A DNA stretch of 64,000 nucleotides from Candidatus Enterousia sp. (GCA_045654485.1 JAZONN010000023.1:23305-87304); one strand, 5' to 3'. Counted from the first letter of the stretch, positions 38,136 to 47,491 are shown. Program-made: numbers and translations. Notes: generated by a model not told the origin, from the sequence alone.

Positions 38136-38333
38136 TGTTATAATATGTGTGTTGTCGGGTGTTTCGACAATGGGGTGTGAGAACCTCTGCCACAGTGTCC
38201 GAATCGTTCGGATAAAACCTTCTGACCATTGGTCAGGAGGGTCGCTAAATATATTGAATAAGTGACACGATTCTGTGGATTGTTCTCAACCTCCTGGCCA
38301 CCTGAATTTGGTGGTTTTTTGTTTGGAGGTATT
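38136..38333 (+). promoter_or_regulatory. Extended -10 promoter (TGTTATAAT) and about 180-nt structured 5' leader ending in a terminator-like hairpin (ccacc-tgaattt-ggtgg + T6, 38298-38320) 14 nt before the start codon
   Basis: TGnTATAAT at 38136-38144; hairpins ccgaa-tcg-ttcgg, ctgacc-att-ggtcag; the segment gagaacctctg could pair alternatively with ggttgagaaca region (antiterminator-like). Confidence 0.3.
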
Positions 38334-41300
38334 ATGCGTTCGTTTGTGCTGATTTTGTCGATTGTTTTGTACGGTATGCCCGTGTTGGCGGCTGCGCCTG
38401 CGCAACGTCGTGCCGTTGGGGTGGCGCGTGCGGCACGAACGACGTCGGTTGCGACGCGTGGGACATCGCGCGCAAGTACTGCGACATCGGCACAATCTGT
38501 GTCGGCGCCGTCTGTGGTGGCGCGCGCGGGGGCCAAACAAAGTGTTGTTGGGACCGGTACAAAAGTTGCCGCGGCGGTCGTAAATCCTGTGTCTGGCAGT
38601 GAGTGTGGTGTTAAATTTAATGGTTGTATGGATTCGTTTTGTATGCTGGATAATATCAGTGGTGGTCGTTGTATATGCAGTAACAAAAAATCAGAATTGG
38701 ATGAAATTTTAACTGAAATTGAACGATTGGACGCACAATCATATCGTTTGGCAACGATTGGTGTGGATCAATTGCAAATGGGCGAACATGCGGATCAGGC
38801 CGTTGCAAATGTGAACAAAGCCACGGGCGCAACGCGTGATGTGCAGACGCGTGGAAAATTGGATTTGTCGTTGTGGGACACCCAGACGGACAGTGGTGAT
38901 GGTGCGGATTTTTCGACGTCTGGGATAATAGATAAAACCGGGGCGGAATTATATAATTCTGCGGTGGAAGTTTGTGCGGCCCGTATGCCCGAATGTGCCA
39001 CAAATATAGATTCGTTAAAATTGATATATAATCAGTATATTAAATCGGATTGTATGGCATATGAAAACGCATTAAAGAAACAAAAAGCGGCCGCCGATAA
39101 AAAGATGGCGACCGCGCAAAGTGCAATGCGTATCGCGGCTTTGGATAAAATTCATCAGGCCAATAAATACGATTTGGGGCAATGTACAATTGAATTTACC
39201 GAATGTATGAAAACAACGGCGGAATGCGGTGCGGATTTTTCAAAATGTGCAACAATGTCTGCTTTGGATTCCACCAACAGCATGGAAAAGTCAACCGCCA
39301 AACCAAAGATTCATGGAATTAAAACGGGCGTTGCGGTAATTGAAATTCAAGCGACGACGTATGATGCTTTGTTTGCGAAAAAGCCATTGTGTGACACGAT
39401 TTTGAAATCGTGCGATGCGGTTGCGGATAAAGTTTGGGATGCGTTTTTGCGTGCCAATGCGCCACAAATAAAAAATGCCGAATTAATTGCGGAAAATACG
39501 ATGCGTCAAGAATGTATTGGGCGTATATCGGATTGCTTTGCCAAAGGGTGTAAAGATAATATTGACCCAAAAGATCCCGATGGTTCGTATGATATGTGTT
39601 TAACCCGTCCGGAAACAATGCTGTCGGTTTGTAAAGTGCCGTTAAATTCGTGTGGTGTTGATGCGTCGAATGTTGAATTGGCGGTTGCGTCACCAATATG
39701 GAACTTTGTTGTTGACCGTTTGGCATCAATGCGCGTTGATTCATGCACTAAACAGGTTAAAGAGTGTTTGACCGGTGAAGGCAACTGTGGTGAAAATTAT
39801 GCGAATTGTGTTGGGTTGGATACGGATACGATTGTTCGTATGTGCCCATATGATAAATTGGTCGGATGCCAAGAAAGATATCGTGATATCGATATTCACG
39901 GTGATGAAGTGTATGATGAATTGGCGACGATGGTTCGTGGTTTGATGATTAATATAGACAATGAAATGTTAACGCATTGCCAAAAAGCATTGGATGAATC
40001 TATGTTGCGCGTATGTGGTGCGACGGATAATTGTGATGCGGTCGTGTTTGGTGGTAATGCCGATTTGGGCGCAGGATCTTTGGATTATGGGATTTGTAAT
40101 ATTTATGCCAATGATGACGGTGGTTTGGTGTTGGATGAAGGTGTGTGTCGTGCAGATGCGTCCATGGTGACAGATGGTGAATTGGGGTATAAGGGAACGC
40201 CGGTGCCAATGGTGGGAATGATAAGTGGGCAGATATATTGGGGGATGATTGAACATGATGACAAAGGGCATTTGACGGATGCGCAGACATTTTTAGATAT
40301 GATTGCGGATGATGAAGTTAAAATGTCAGAGAAACAGCAACAGCGTATATCGAAAGAAATAAATGCATTGCAACATAATGTTGATAGCGCAATAACAATG
40401 GTTGAATCCGATACAACGGTTCAATATTGTATGACGGGGCGTTTGGTTCCTGGGGCAAAAATATTTGAAGGTCAAACACCGCGTTTTCCCGAATTAACAA
40501 AATCGGTTCGTAAATTAATTGCGTCGCATGCATTAAAAACGGCGAAGGATAATTATGGAAAAAAATACGATGAAATAACCACCCAAATGTTGCAAGATCA
40601 GGCGACTATAGCGGAACGTTATGCCCAGATAGAGGGTAAAAATGCGCGTGATGCCCATCGTGAAATGGCGCGAAAATCATGTATTGCATTGGCGCCAATG
40701 TCTGCGGTGCCACGCAGTGCCGAACCGCCAAAAAATATGTGGGGAACTGTGATTGTTGTGGCGGCTATTGTGATTGCGGTTGTTGTGGTGTCTGTTGTCA
40801 CTTTTGGGGCGGGGGCTGCGCCGGCGGGGGGGGCGGGGGCTACGGGGATCAGTGCTCTTCTTTCCTCTGCGGCATCGGCGACAGTAGGGGCGGCGGCGGC
40901 GTCTGCGGCAACGGCGGCGGGGGCGGCGGCATCTGCATCTGTAATTGCGGCAGGTGGGTCGACAATTGCAGCGTTTTCGGCTATGATGTCTGCTGGGATG
41001 ACTGCTGGGATGGTGGCTGGATATGCTACTGTGGCTGCGGGGGCGATTGTGGGTGCGGGATTGGCGGCTGGTGGTGTTGCCGGGGCGGTTGCGATGGGAC
41101 GTGCAGCCAATACTTCGGTAAATGACGCGCCGCGTTTTTACACCGAAGCCGATTTGAAAGGTACATATGAATTAAAGCAATGGAATTATCGTGAAACGGT
41201 TGAAACAAAGTTTGATGTGGATACATTTGTGTGTGAAAAATGTGTCACAACACAAAATTGTTCCGATCCACGTAATCCTATGTTCGGGAACAAGAATTGT

Positions 41301-41348
41301 AAAAAGTGGGGCAAAAAGAAAACAACGTGTTCCGATATTCAATTCTGA
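38334..41348 (+). CDS. Giant secreted Cys-rich protein, family member (N-module SECGVKFNGCMDSFCMLDNISGGRCICSN), with TM helix and about 130-aa Gly/Ala/Ser-rich hydrophobic region near C-terminus
   Basis: ATG 38334 after ggagg RBS; signal peptide MRSFVLILSIVLYGMPVLAAAPA; R/T/A-rich linker; modules aligned with 765/827/786 paralogues. Confidence 0.65.
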   Translation: MRSFVLILSIVLYGMPVLAAAPAQRRAVGVARAARTTSVATRGTSRASTATSAQSVSAPSVVARAGAKQSVVGTGTKVAAAVVNPVSGSECGVKFNGCMDSFCMLDNISGGRCICSNKKSELDEILTEIERLDAQSYRLATIGVDQLQMGEHADQAVANVNKATGATRDVQTRGKLDLSLWDTQTDSGDGADFSTSGIIDKTGAELYNSAVEVCAARMPECATNIDSLKLIYNQYIKSDCMAYENALKKQKAAADKKMATAQSAMRIAALDKIHQANKYDLGQCTIEFTECMKTTAECGADFSKCATMSALDSTNSMEKSTAKPKIHGIKTGVAVIEIQATTYDALFAKKPLCDTILKSCDAVADKVWDAFLRANAPQIKNAELIAENTMRQECIGRISDCFAKGCKDNIDPKDPDGSYDMCLTRPETMLSVCKVPLNSCGVDASNVELAVASPIWNFVVDRLASMRVDSCTKQVKECLTGEGNCGENYANCVGLDTDTIVRMCPYDKLVGCQERYRDIDIHGDEVYDELATMVRGLMINIDNEMLTHCQKALDESMLRVCGATDNCDAVVFGGNADLGAGSLDYGICNIYANDDGGLVLDEGVCRADASMVTDGELGYKGTPVPMVGMISGQIYWGMIEHDDKGHLTDAQTFLDMIADDEVKMSEKQQQRISKEINALQHNVDSAITMVESDTTVQYCMTGRLVPGAKIFEGQTPRFPELTKSVRKLIASHALKTAKDNYGKKYDEITTQMLQDQATIAERYAQIEGKNARDAHREMARKSCIALAPMSAVPRSAEPPKNMWGTVIVVAAIVIAVVVVSVVTFGAGAAPAGGAGATGISALLSSAASATVGAAAASAATAAGAAASASVIAAGGSTIAAFSAMMSAGMTAGMVAGYATVAAGAIVGAGLAAGGVAGAVAMGRAANTSVNDAPRFYTEADLKGTYELKQWNYRETVETKFDVDTFVCEKCVTTQNCSDPRNPMFGNKNCKKWGKKKTTCSDIQF
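40795..41100. repeat. GC-rich low-complexity (GCG/GGC-rich) coding repeat region encoding poly-Ala/Gly/Ser hydrophobic segment
   Basis: runs such as gcggcggcggcgtctgcggcaacggcggcgggggcggcggc; local GC far above window mean. Confidence 0.5.
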
Positions 41349-41350
41349 TA

Positions 41351-41378
41351 AAAATGTCGCCGTGTGGCGACATTTTTA
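41351..41378. terminator. Bidirectional intrinsic terminator (atgtcgcc-gtgt-ggcgacat)
   Basis: A-run upstream, T-run downstream; near-identical stem to 38057-38086. Confidence 0.55.
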
Positions 41379-41600
41379 TTTAGATTTTGTACGGGACAAT
41401 ATGCTTAATAATGCGCATATAGTATCCGACCATATAGATGGTTCGTTTAGCATACGTTCTTCGCGTATGGTCGCATATGCCAATTTGTCGTTGATGTAAC
41501 GTTGGCTTTCTGAAATGCTGGCGTCCATTGGTGGACAAATATCTATTGAACGAAGATTTTGCATGATAATCCTTTGTTTTGTGCCGATTCGTTTCGTGGA

Positions 41601-42560
41601 TTATACCACTTCTGTCACAGCACGCAAGGCCCCGTCACGTGATAATTGAACAACACGGATTTTTTTCTTCATTTCTGAAATAAGGTCGGCCCGATCGTAT
41701 GCCGGTTGGGTGTGTAATATGCGGTCGGCAAATGCAGCATAGGCGGCTTCGGCACTTTCGGCGTGGATTGTGGTATAAAAATGTTCGTGGCCCGTGCCCA
41801 GCATTTCCCATAAAACGGATGCGTTGTCGGTTGATATTTCACCGCCTATAATCACGTCTGGGGTCATACGAACAACCAAATCCAATAGACGTGCATAATT
41901 AAAGTCGTTTGTTTGTTCTGTTCGTGATAAAACAAAGTGAACCCGATTCGCCTGTGGGACACGGATTTCACGTGCGTCTTCGACCGTGATGACACGACTG
42001 TTTTTATCAATCAATGTCAGCATATGATTTAAAAACGTTGTTTTTCCTGTTGCGGTTGCGCCGCTTATTAAAATAGGACTGCCGTCATTGATGGCGGTCA
42101 TTAAACGTTCGTATGGGTCGTCGGGACGTTCTTTTAATCTTGGGTTTACTTTTAATAATTCTTGGCCGCGTTTTAGGTGATAGTTTTCAAAACTTGTGCT
42201 GGGGGCGCCACCACCACGTATATTCATTGCCACGCCACCCGTTACATCGTTTTCGTCGTATTGTACGTTTGGGCCGGCAATGGCGGTAAAACGATGATTG
42301 CCGGGTAATGTTGCGTAAACCACCGGTATGCCATGAACCGGATTAAATGGGCGTTCATAGATGTTGGCCACAGTATGTATTAAATCGACCAAATATTGTT
42401 TGCTTAAATTTTCGGCCTTGTATGAAACCCAAGGAATACGTGCGCCGTGTAGGCGCATCCATACTTCGCCGGCGTGATTTATGGCGATTTCTTCTACGAA
42501 CGAAGGTTTGTAGAATTCTTCCAGTGGTTTTAATAAAGATTCAAGTACGATGTTTGCCAT
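41601..42560 (-). CDS. VirB11/TrbB-family secretion ATPase (P-loop NTPase), lone copy
   Basis: Walker A GATATGKTT, size about 320 aa, N-terminal …IAINHAGEVWM… and His-box region typical of VirB11; start assumed at ATG 42560 (ORF track uses upstream TTG 42596). Confidence 0.7.
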   Translation of the reverse strand: MANIVLESLLKPLEEFYKPSFVEEIAINHAGEVWMRLHGARIPWVSYKAENLSKQYLVDLIHTVANIYERPFNPVHGIPVVYATLPGNHRFTAIAGPNVQYDENDVTGGVAMNIRGGGAPSTSFENYHLKRGQELLKVNPRLKERPDDPYERLMTAINDGSPILISGATATGKTTFLNHMLTLIDKNSRVITVEDAREIRVPQANRVHFVLSRTEQTNDFNYARLLDLVVRMTPDVIIGGEISTDNASVLWEMLGTGHEHFYTTIHAESAEAAYAAFADRILHTQPAYDRADLISEMKKKIRVVQLSRDGALRAVTEVV

Positions 42561-42637
42561 TGTGTTGATTTTATCATAAATCCTGACTTGAATCAAAATA
42601 GTTTATTTGTTAGAATAAAAAAAAAGAGAGAAAGAAT

Positions 42638-43201
42638 ATGAAAAGAATGTGTTTGTTTATGTTGCTGGGTGGATTGGTTATGGCGGGTTGTACCAATGGT
42701 GTAGATGCGCCGTATAATCAGCAAGATTTTGCCCAAGGTGGTGAAGATGCGCCACTTTACAATGAACGGACAAGTGCTTTTTTGCAATCTGATAATCAAT
42801 ATTCTAATATCGATTCGTATAAACCAAAAACTGATGCGGAAAAAGAACAAAACAGTAACCGTTGGAATACATCCCGTATGGAAACCAGATGGCAAGAATA
42901 CAAGGGTGCAATGGTTCGTGTTCAGATTTTGTTGGGGAATACCGATTTGCGTGAAATGCGGTTGCGTTTGATGCAAAATGCCGATGGTATGGATATTGAT
43001 GGGGATTCGCGTACTATTTTGGCGGCGGTTGCAGATTTTGAAATGAAGCGTGTGTGTGGACGTAATGCGGATAGTATTGTGATGGTTTATGATCGGCCAT
43101 CATTTGATGTGATGCGTCCAACGCCTTATTTTGATTATAGAATCGAAGCCGAAGGCGCAACTATGCGTGAATATGGTTTTAGATGCGTGTATAACAATTA
43201 A
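42638..43201 (+). CDS. Hypothetical lipoprotein
   Basis: lipobox LVMAGC, agagagaaag RBS. Confidence 0.5.
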   Translation: MKRMCLFMLLGGLVMAGCTNGVDAPYNQQDFAQGGEDAPLYNERTSAFLQSDNQYSNIDSYKPKTDAEKEQNSNRWNTSRMETRWQEYKGAMVRVQILLGNTDLREMRLRLMQNADGMDIDGDSRTILAAVADFEMKRVCGRNADSIVMVYDRPSFDVMRPTPYFDYRIEAEGATMREYGFRCVYNN

Positions 43202-43225
43202 CAAGAAAACAAGAAAGGGGAAAAA

Positions 43226-43555
43226 ATGAAAAAGTTAGTATCTGTTGTTGGTGTGTTGGCGGCTTTGGGCTTGGCGGCATGTGATAAAAACGAAGTTGCA
43301 AAAGCGGGCGATACAGTTGTAATAAACTTTGCAGGATTTTTGGACGGTGTTCAATTCCCAGGTGGTACGGCAGAAAACTTCCCATTGGAATTGGGTAGCG
43401 GTCAATTCGTTCCTGGTTTTGAAGATCAGGTTATTGGTATGGCCGAAGGTGAAGAACGTGATGTTAATATCACTTTCCCAGAAGAATATGTTCCAGAATT
43501 GGCGGGTAAATCTGTTGTTTTCAAAGTGACATTGGTTGATATTGTTGAAAAATAA
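43226..43555 (+). CDS. FKBP-type peptidyl-prolyl cis-trans isomerase (lipoprotein)
   Basis: lipobox LGLAAC; FKBP core GDTVVINFAGFLDGVQFPGGTAENFPLELGSGQFVPGFEDQVIGM. Confidence 0.8.
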   Translation: MKKLVSVVGVLAALGLAACDKNEVAKAGDTVVINFAGFLDGVQFPGGTAENFPLELGSGQFVPGFEDQVIGMAEGEERDVNITFPEEYVPELAGKSVVFKVTLVDIVEK

Positions 43556-43572
43556 TATTGCAATATTTAATT

Positions 43573-43600
43573 AAAACGGGGCGTTGCCCCGTTTTTTTTG
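43573..43600. terminator. Intrinsic terminator
   Basis: cggggc-gtt-gccccg + T8. Confidence 0.55.
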
Positions 43601-43621
43601 TTGTATCTTTTTTTTAAGTTT

Positions 43622-44350
43622 TTACATTACGAAATCTTCGCCAAGGTAAACTTTTTTAACCATTTCGTCTTGGACGATTTCGGGGGTTGTGCCGTGTTTT
43701 AATATTTTCCCGTCGTGTAAAACATAACTGCGGTCGGTGATGCCCAATGTTTCACGTACGTTGTGGTCTGTAATAATTACGCCTAGGCCACGGTTTTTTA
43801 ATTGTGATACTAAACTGCGGATTTCATTAACTGCAATTGGGTCGATGCCAGCAAATGGTTCGTCCAATAATATGAATTTTGGGTCGTTTGCCAATGCACG
43901 TGCAATTTCAACACGACGACGTTCGCCACCAGATAATGCGGTTGCGGGGCTGCGACGTAGTGGTGTTATGGAAAATTCTTCAAGTAATGAATCTAATTTC
44001 TTTTTGCGCTTTTTGCGGTCTGGTTCTACTACTTCTAAGATTGCCATAATGTTTTGTTCGACAGTCAAACCACGAAAAACGCTGTTTTCTTGGGGTAAGT
44101 ATCCGATATGTAGGCGGGCCCTTTGATAAAATGGCAAATGTGTTATATCTTGGGAATTTAGGAAAATTTGTCCGCCGGTTGCCGCTAATTGTCCCGTTAT
44201 GCAATAGAATGCGGTTGTTTTTCCGGCGCCGTTTGGCCCCAGCAGTCCGACCGATTCGCCTTGGCGGGCGACCATGGATATGTCTTTTATAACCATACGT
44301 TTGCCGTATGTTTTGGATAAGTGTTCAATGCGTAATACAGATTGTTTCAT
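43622..44350 (-). CDS. lptB: LPS export ABC transporter ATP-binding protein LptB
   Basis: Walker A GPNGAGKTT, ABC signature LSGGERRRVEIARAL, Walker B ILLDEPFAGID; typical LptB length 242 aa. Confidence 0.9.
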   Translation of the reverse strand: MKQSVLRIEHLSKTYGKRMVIKDISMVARQGESVGLLGPNGAGKTTAFYCITGQLAATGGQIFLNSQDITHLPFYQRARLHIGYLPQENSVFRGLTVEQNIMAILEVVEPDRKKRKKKLDSLLEEFSITPLRRSPATALSGGERRRVEIARALANDPKFILLDEPFAGIDPIAVNEIRSLVSQLKNRGLGVIITDHNVRETLGITDRSYVLHDGKILKHGTTPEIVQDEMVKKVYLGEDFVM

Positions 44351-44826
44351 AATTTTATCACCAATTCATCTGTTCTTATTTTGTCGCCATTGCTGGAATC
44401 AACACGCACGTTACCGTTTAGCGATATTTTTTTTTGTGCACGGTTGTATTGTCCGGTATTGGCGGTTATGTTGTCAATGATTTTTTGTCCGTTTGATATT
44501 CGACTTGTTGTGCCAGAAATTGTTTCAAGAAATATTATGTCGGGGTTATTGTATTCTTGATAGCCCGTTTTTGCTTTGATTTTAAAGGGCTCTCCGTTCT
44601 TATCGGTGCCGACAAAGGCGGCGTTGGTCATTTTGAATTGGTTGCTAACTATATCAGTCATATTAATTGCGGATATAGGGGTCCATAACAATTGTTTGGT
44701 AAATAATGAACCGGCGGTCAAAGCGGCAATCATAACCAAACCCCAACTTGTAAAAAAGAATTGCCACAAACGTTTTAGGCGTTTGTGTCGACTTACGATA
44801 ATAAAATTGCGTTTGCTTGGTTGCAT
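44347..44826 (-). CDS. lptC: LptC/LptA-family (OstA-like) protein with N-terminal membrane anchor
   Basis: 4-bp ATGA overlap with lptB start; TM helix then beta-jellyroll-like pattern …LNGNVRV…. Confidence 0.5.
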   Translation of the reverse strand: MQPSKRNFIIVSRHKRLKRLWQFFFTSWGLVMIAALTAGSLFTKQLLWTPISAINMTDIVSNQFKMTNAAFVGTDKNGEPFKIKAKTGYQEYNNPDIIFLETISGTTSRISNGQKIIDNITANTGQYNRAQKKISLNGNVRVDSSNGDKIRTDELVIKL

Positions 44827-44912
44827 ATGTTTAGTTTAACCTGCATATTAATAAAAAGCAATTTTTATATTTTGTTAGGCGTTTTTTTGTGTTATAATAA
44901 CCCGTAAGAGAG

Positions 44913-45734
44913 ATGAAAGCAAAATTTCTAATGTTTACTGCGGTGTTGTGCGCTATTCATGGAATGGCGGGTGCTGTGACTATCAAAAAGGCGGCGCCTG
45001 TGTCAACACAAAAGAAAGAAGTGCTGGATAATGGCTCATCTTTGTTGCCGGGGGTGTTGAATTTGGTGGGGGCTGTGCAACAATTAAATCAACAGAAAAA
45101 AGCTTTGCAGGCAGAATGCATCCCCAGCAGTAGTGATATTCAGTTTGTTAATAAAATGGTTCAAGAATGGGCCAAGACCGGCGCAAAAACAGCGGATGAT
45201 GTTTTTAGTTCGTTGGGGGTTGATCCTTGTGAAGACACGGATAGTTATGAGGATACTGTTCAGGCATCAATGGGTGAATTGGATGATGATGATATCTGTT
45301 ATGATGCGTATAATAGGGATGAGGATGATGGGGCTATTTGGTATGGGATGCCAAAAGCAGCAACTGCCACGTATTGTGATGATGGGATAAATGTGAAGGG
45401 GTGCGCCGAAAAATATAAAAAGACCACGTCGAATATTTATGAAGTGTTTGCGGTGGTTGGGTTTAGTGACTCGGATTATAGTGCAGAGGAGCTTACTAAA
45501 TTTACTAAATTGAAAGAAAAAATGGATAAGTGTGCGCCAGCCAAGGTTAAGGCAAGACAGCGTGAGAGTATGGCGAACTTGGTTAACCAAACGTTGGGGT
45601 CTGTTGGAACAAAGACCGATACTGCAAACCTTATGCAAAGTGTAACCAGTTTGGTGGGCAGTATGGGAAGTGGTACAAATGGTGTTGTTCAATCGTTGGT
45701 GGGGGTTGCGCAAGATATGTTGATAAAAGAGTAA
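44913..45734 (+). CDS. Secreted hypothetical protein (acidic, 8 Cys)
   Basis: signal peptide MKAKFLMFTAVLCAIHGMAGA; aagagag RBS. Confidence 0.45.
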   Translation: MKAKFLMFTAVLCAIHGMAGAVTIKKAAPVSTQKKEVLDNGSSLLPGVLNLVGAVQQLNQQKKALQAECIPSSSDIQFVNKMVQEWAKTGAKTADDVFSSLGVDPCEDTDSYEDTVQASMGELDDDDICYDAYNRDEDDGAIWYGMPKAATATYCDDGINVKGCAEKYKKTTSNIYEVFAVVGFSDSDYSAEELTKFTKLKEKMDKCAPAKVKARQRESMANLVNQTLGSVGTKTDTANLMQSVTSLVGSMGSGTNGVVQSLVGVAQDMLIKE

Positions 45735-45814
45735 AGTTGAGGTGCTTTTTCTGCTTTACATGGATTGCACAAAAATCGTATAATAATAGCATATTAATAA
45801 AGAAGGAAAATTAT

Positions 45815-47470
45815 ATGAAAAATAAATCTAATGTGGCCACATGGGTTGTTACACGTATTTTGGCGTTGGCGGGCGTGGTTGCGATGGCGGCTTGCACACG
45901 TACGGAAAATGATAATGTGTTTGGGCCGGTTGTTACACCAACGGTCGATTATGTTGAATCGTTGGATGTGTATGCGGCACCGCATAAAGATTCCTTCTTG
46001 AATCAGTTGGCGATGAACTATCGTTCGTATGCGATTTATAATGCACGTACAAGTGGTTATGCAGATATGGGTGAATTGTTTGCAAACAAGGCGGTTGCAG
46101 CATTTTCAGGTGATACACCATTGCCAGAAAACTTGGAAAATTGGCCGGTTGAAAATGAACAAGAATCATTTGATTTATACACGGCGTATAATGAATTAAC
46201 AACGTTGTTGCGTGATGATGGGGCGGCTTTGAATCCGGAATTGATGGCCGAAGCACAGGCAAAATTTGATTGCTGGTTATCGGCGGCGGCATCGGGTCAG
46301 GTTGCAACCGCAGAACAATGTCGCACAAGATTCAAAAAAACAATGGCGGTGTTACAGGATGCGGCCGGTGGTGTGATTGTGTCACGTACGGAAAGTAATG
46401 TTGTAACAGATGGTGATGTTGTTATCGAAACGATTACGGCGCAATCAAAACAAAAATCTATGCAATATTACCCAGAAACAAGAAATATGCGCACTATGCG
46501 TGGGGCAACATCTGCACGTGAAGGTGTGATTGTTGTTAATAATGTTAATGTACCAGAACATCTGATTAATCCTGTGCCTGTTCAGCCAATGGTGTTTAAT
46601 CAGAATATTTATGGTGGAGATAAATCTGTTTCGAAAAGTTCAAGTGACAATAGTGTAAAGAATAGCGGTAATTCATTTAGTGCAAAGTGCAATGTTGAAA
46701 ATTCAAATTGTAATGAGAACGCATCTAACGAACATAAATGTCAACATGGGGATGTTAATTGTCAAAATGCACCGGCGGTTGCAGTTGTTATCACGGAAAA
46801 AGAACAACCTGTGCCAACATGTCCAGAGTGTGCAGATTGCCCAACTTGTCCGGAATGCGCAACATGTGAACCAATCCCGATGATTAGTGAAGAATTGGTT
46901 ACACGTGAAGAATTTATTAATATGATGATGGCGATGCGTTCTGAATTGGCAGCAATTAATTCAAGATTAGATCAGATTCAGGCCGCAGTTGGCGAAAAGA
47001 CCATGATCAAAGTTCAGCAGATTCCTTTGGAGCCCAAACAGCACGTTATGGAAGAGGTGTTTGAAATCCGCTTTGATTTTAACAAGGCGCAAATTAAACC
47101 TGAATATCAAGAACTGATTCAGAAATTGGCATCTGCGACACAGGAAAATAAAAATATCAAAGTTTCTGTTGTTGGACATACGGATACATCGGGAACGCAA
47201 AATTATAACTATGCATTGGGTGGACGTCGTGCCGAAGCGGTACAAAAGATGTTAATTAAATATGGTATACCGGCCAGCCAGATTGTTGCAGTTTCTGCGG
47301 GTGAAGAAGATTTGGCCGTACCAACACCAGATAATACCCCAAATGCGGCAAACCGTCGTGTTCGTGTCGTCAAAGAAGTTCATTATACCGAAGAACAAAA
47401 ACCTGTACCTATGGAAATTACTGTTGAAGAATATTCCGAAGGTAAATGTGGGGAATATGGTTGTCAATAA
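45815..47470 (+). CDS. OmpA-family peptidoglycan-associated lipoprotein with Cys-Pro cluster (CPECADCPTCPECATCEP) and N/S-rich region
   Basis: ATG 45815 after agaagga RBS; lipobox AMAAC; C-terminal OmpA-like domain VVGHTDTSGTQNYNYALGGRRAEAVQKMLIKYGIPASQIVAVSAGEE…NRRVRV. Confidence 0.75.
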   Translation: MKNKSNVATWVVTRILALAGVVAMAACTRTENDNVFGPVVTPTVDYVESLDVYAAPHKDSFLNQLAMNYRSYAIYNARTSGYADMGELFANKAVAAFSGDTPLPENLENWPVENEQESFDLYTAYNELTTLLRDDGAALNPELMAEAQAKFDCWLSAAASGQVATAEQCRTRFKKTMAVLQDAAGGVIVSRTESNVVTDGDVVIETITAQSKQKSMQYYPETRNMRTMRGATSAREGVIVVNNVNVPEHLINPVPVQPMVFNQNIYGGDKSVSKSSSDNSVKNSGNSFSAKCNVENSNCNENASNEHKCQHGDVNCQNAPAVAVVITEKEQPVPTCPECADCPTCPECATCEPIPMISEELVTREEFINMMMAMRSELAAINSRLDQIQAAVGEKTMIKVQQIPLEPKQHVMEEVFEIRFDFNKAQIKPEYQELIQKLASATQENKNIKVSVVGHTDTSGTQNYNYALGGRRAEAVQKMLIKYGIPASQIVAVSAGEEDLAVPTPDNTPNAANRRVRVVKEVHYTEEQKPVPMEITVEEYSEGKCGEYGCQ

Positions 47471-47491
47471 CGAAATGTGTCGACAAAACAC

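Noticed and set aside
40619-41125. Ala-rich (minus) and Cys/Gly-rich (plus, alternate-frame) ORFs over the GC-rich tract
   Set aside because: They are artefacts of the GCG/GGC repeat, which is open in several frames. The in-frame 1028-aa gene explains the region.
41376-41564. 62-aa ORF downstream of the VirB11-like gene as a confident gene
   Set aside because: It has no RBS, no recognisable motif, and ends exactly inside the terminator stem. It is mentioned only as a possibility.
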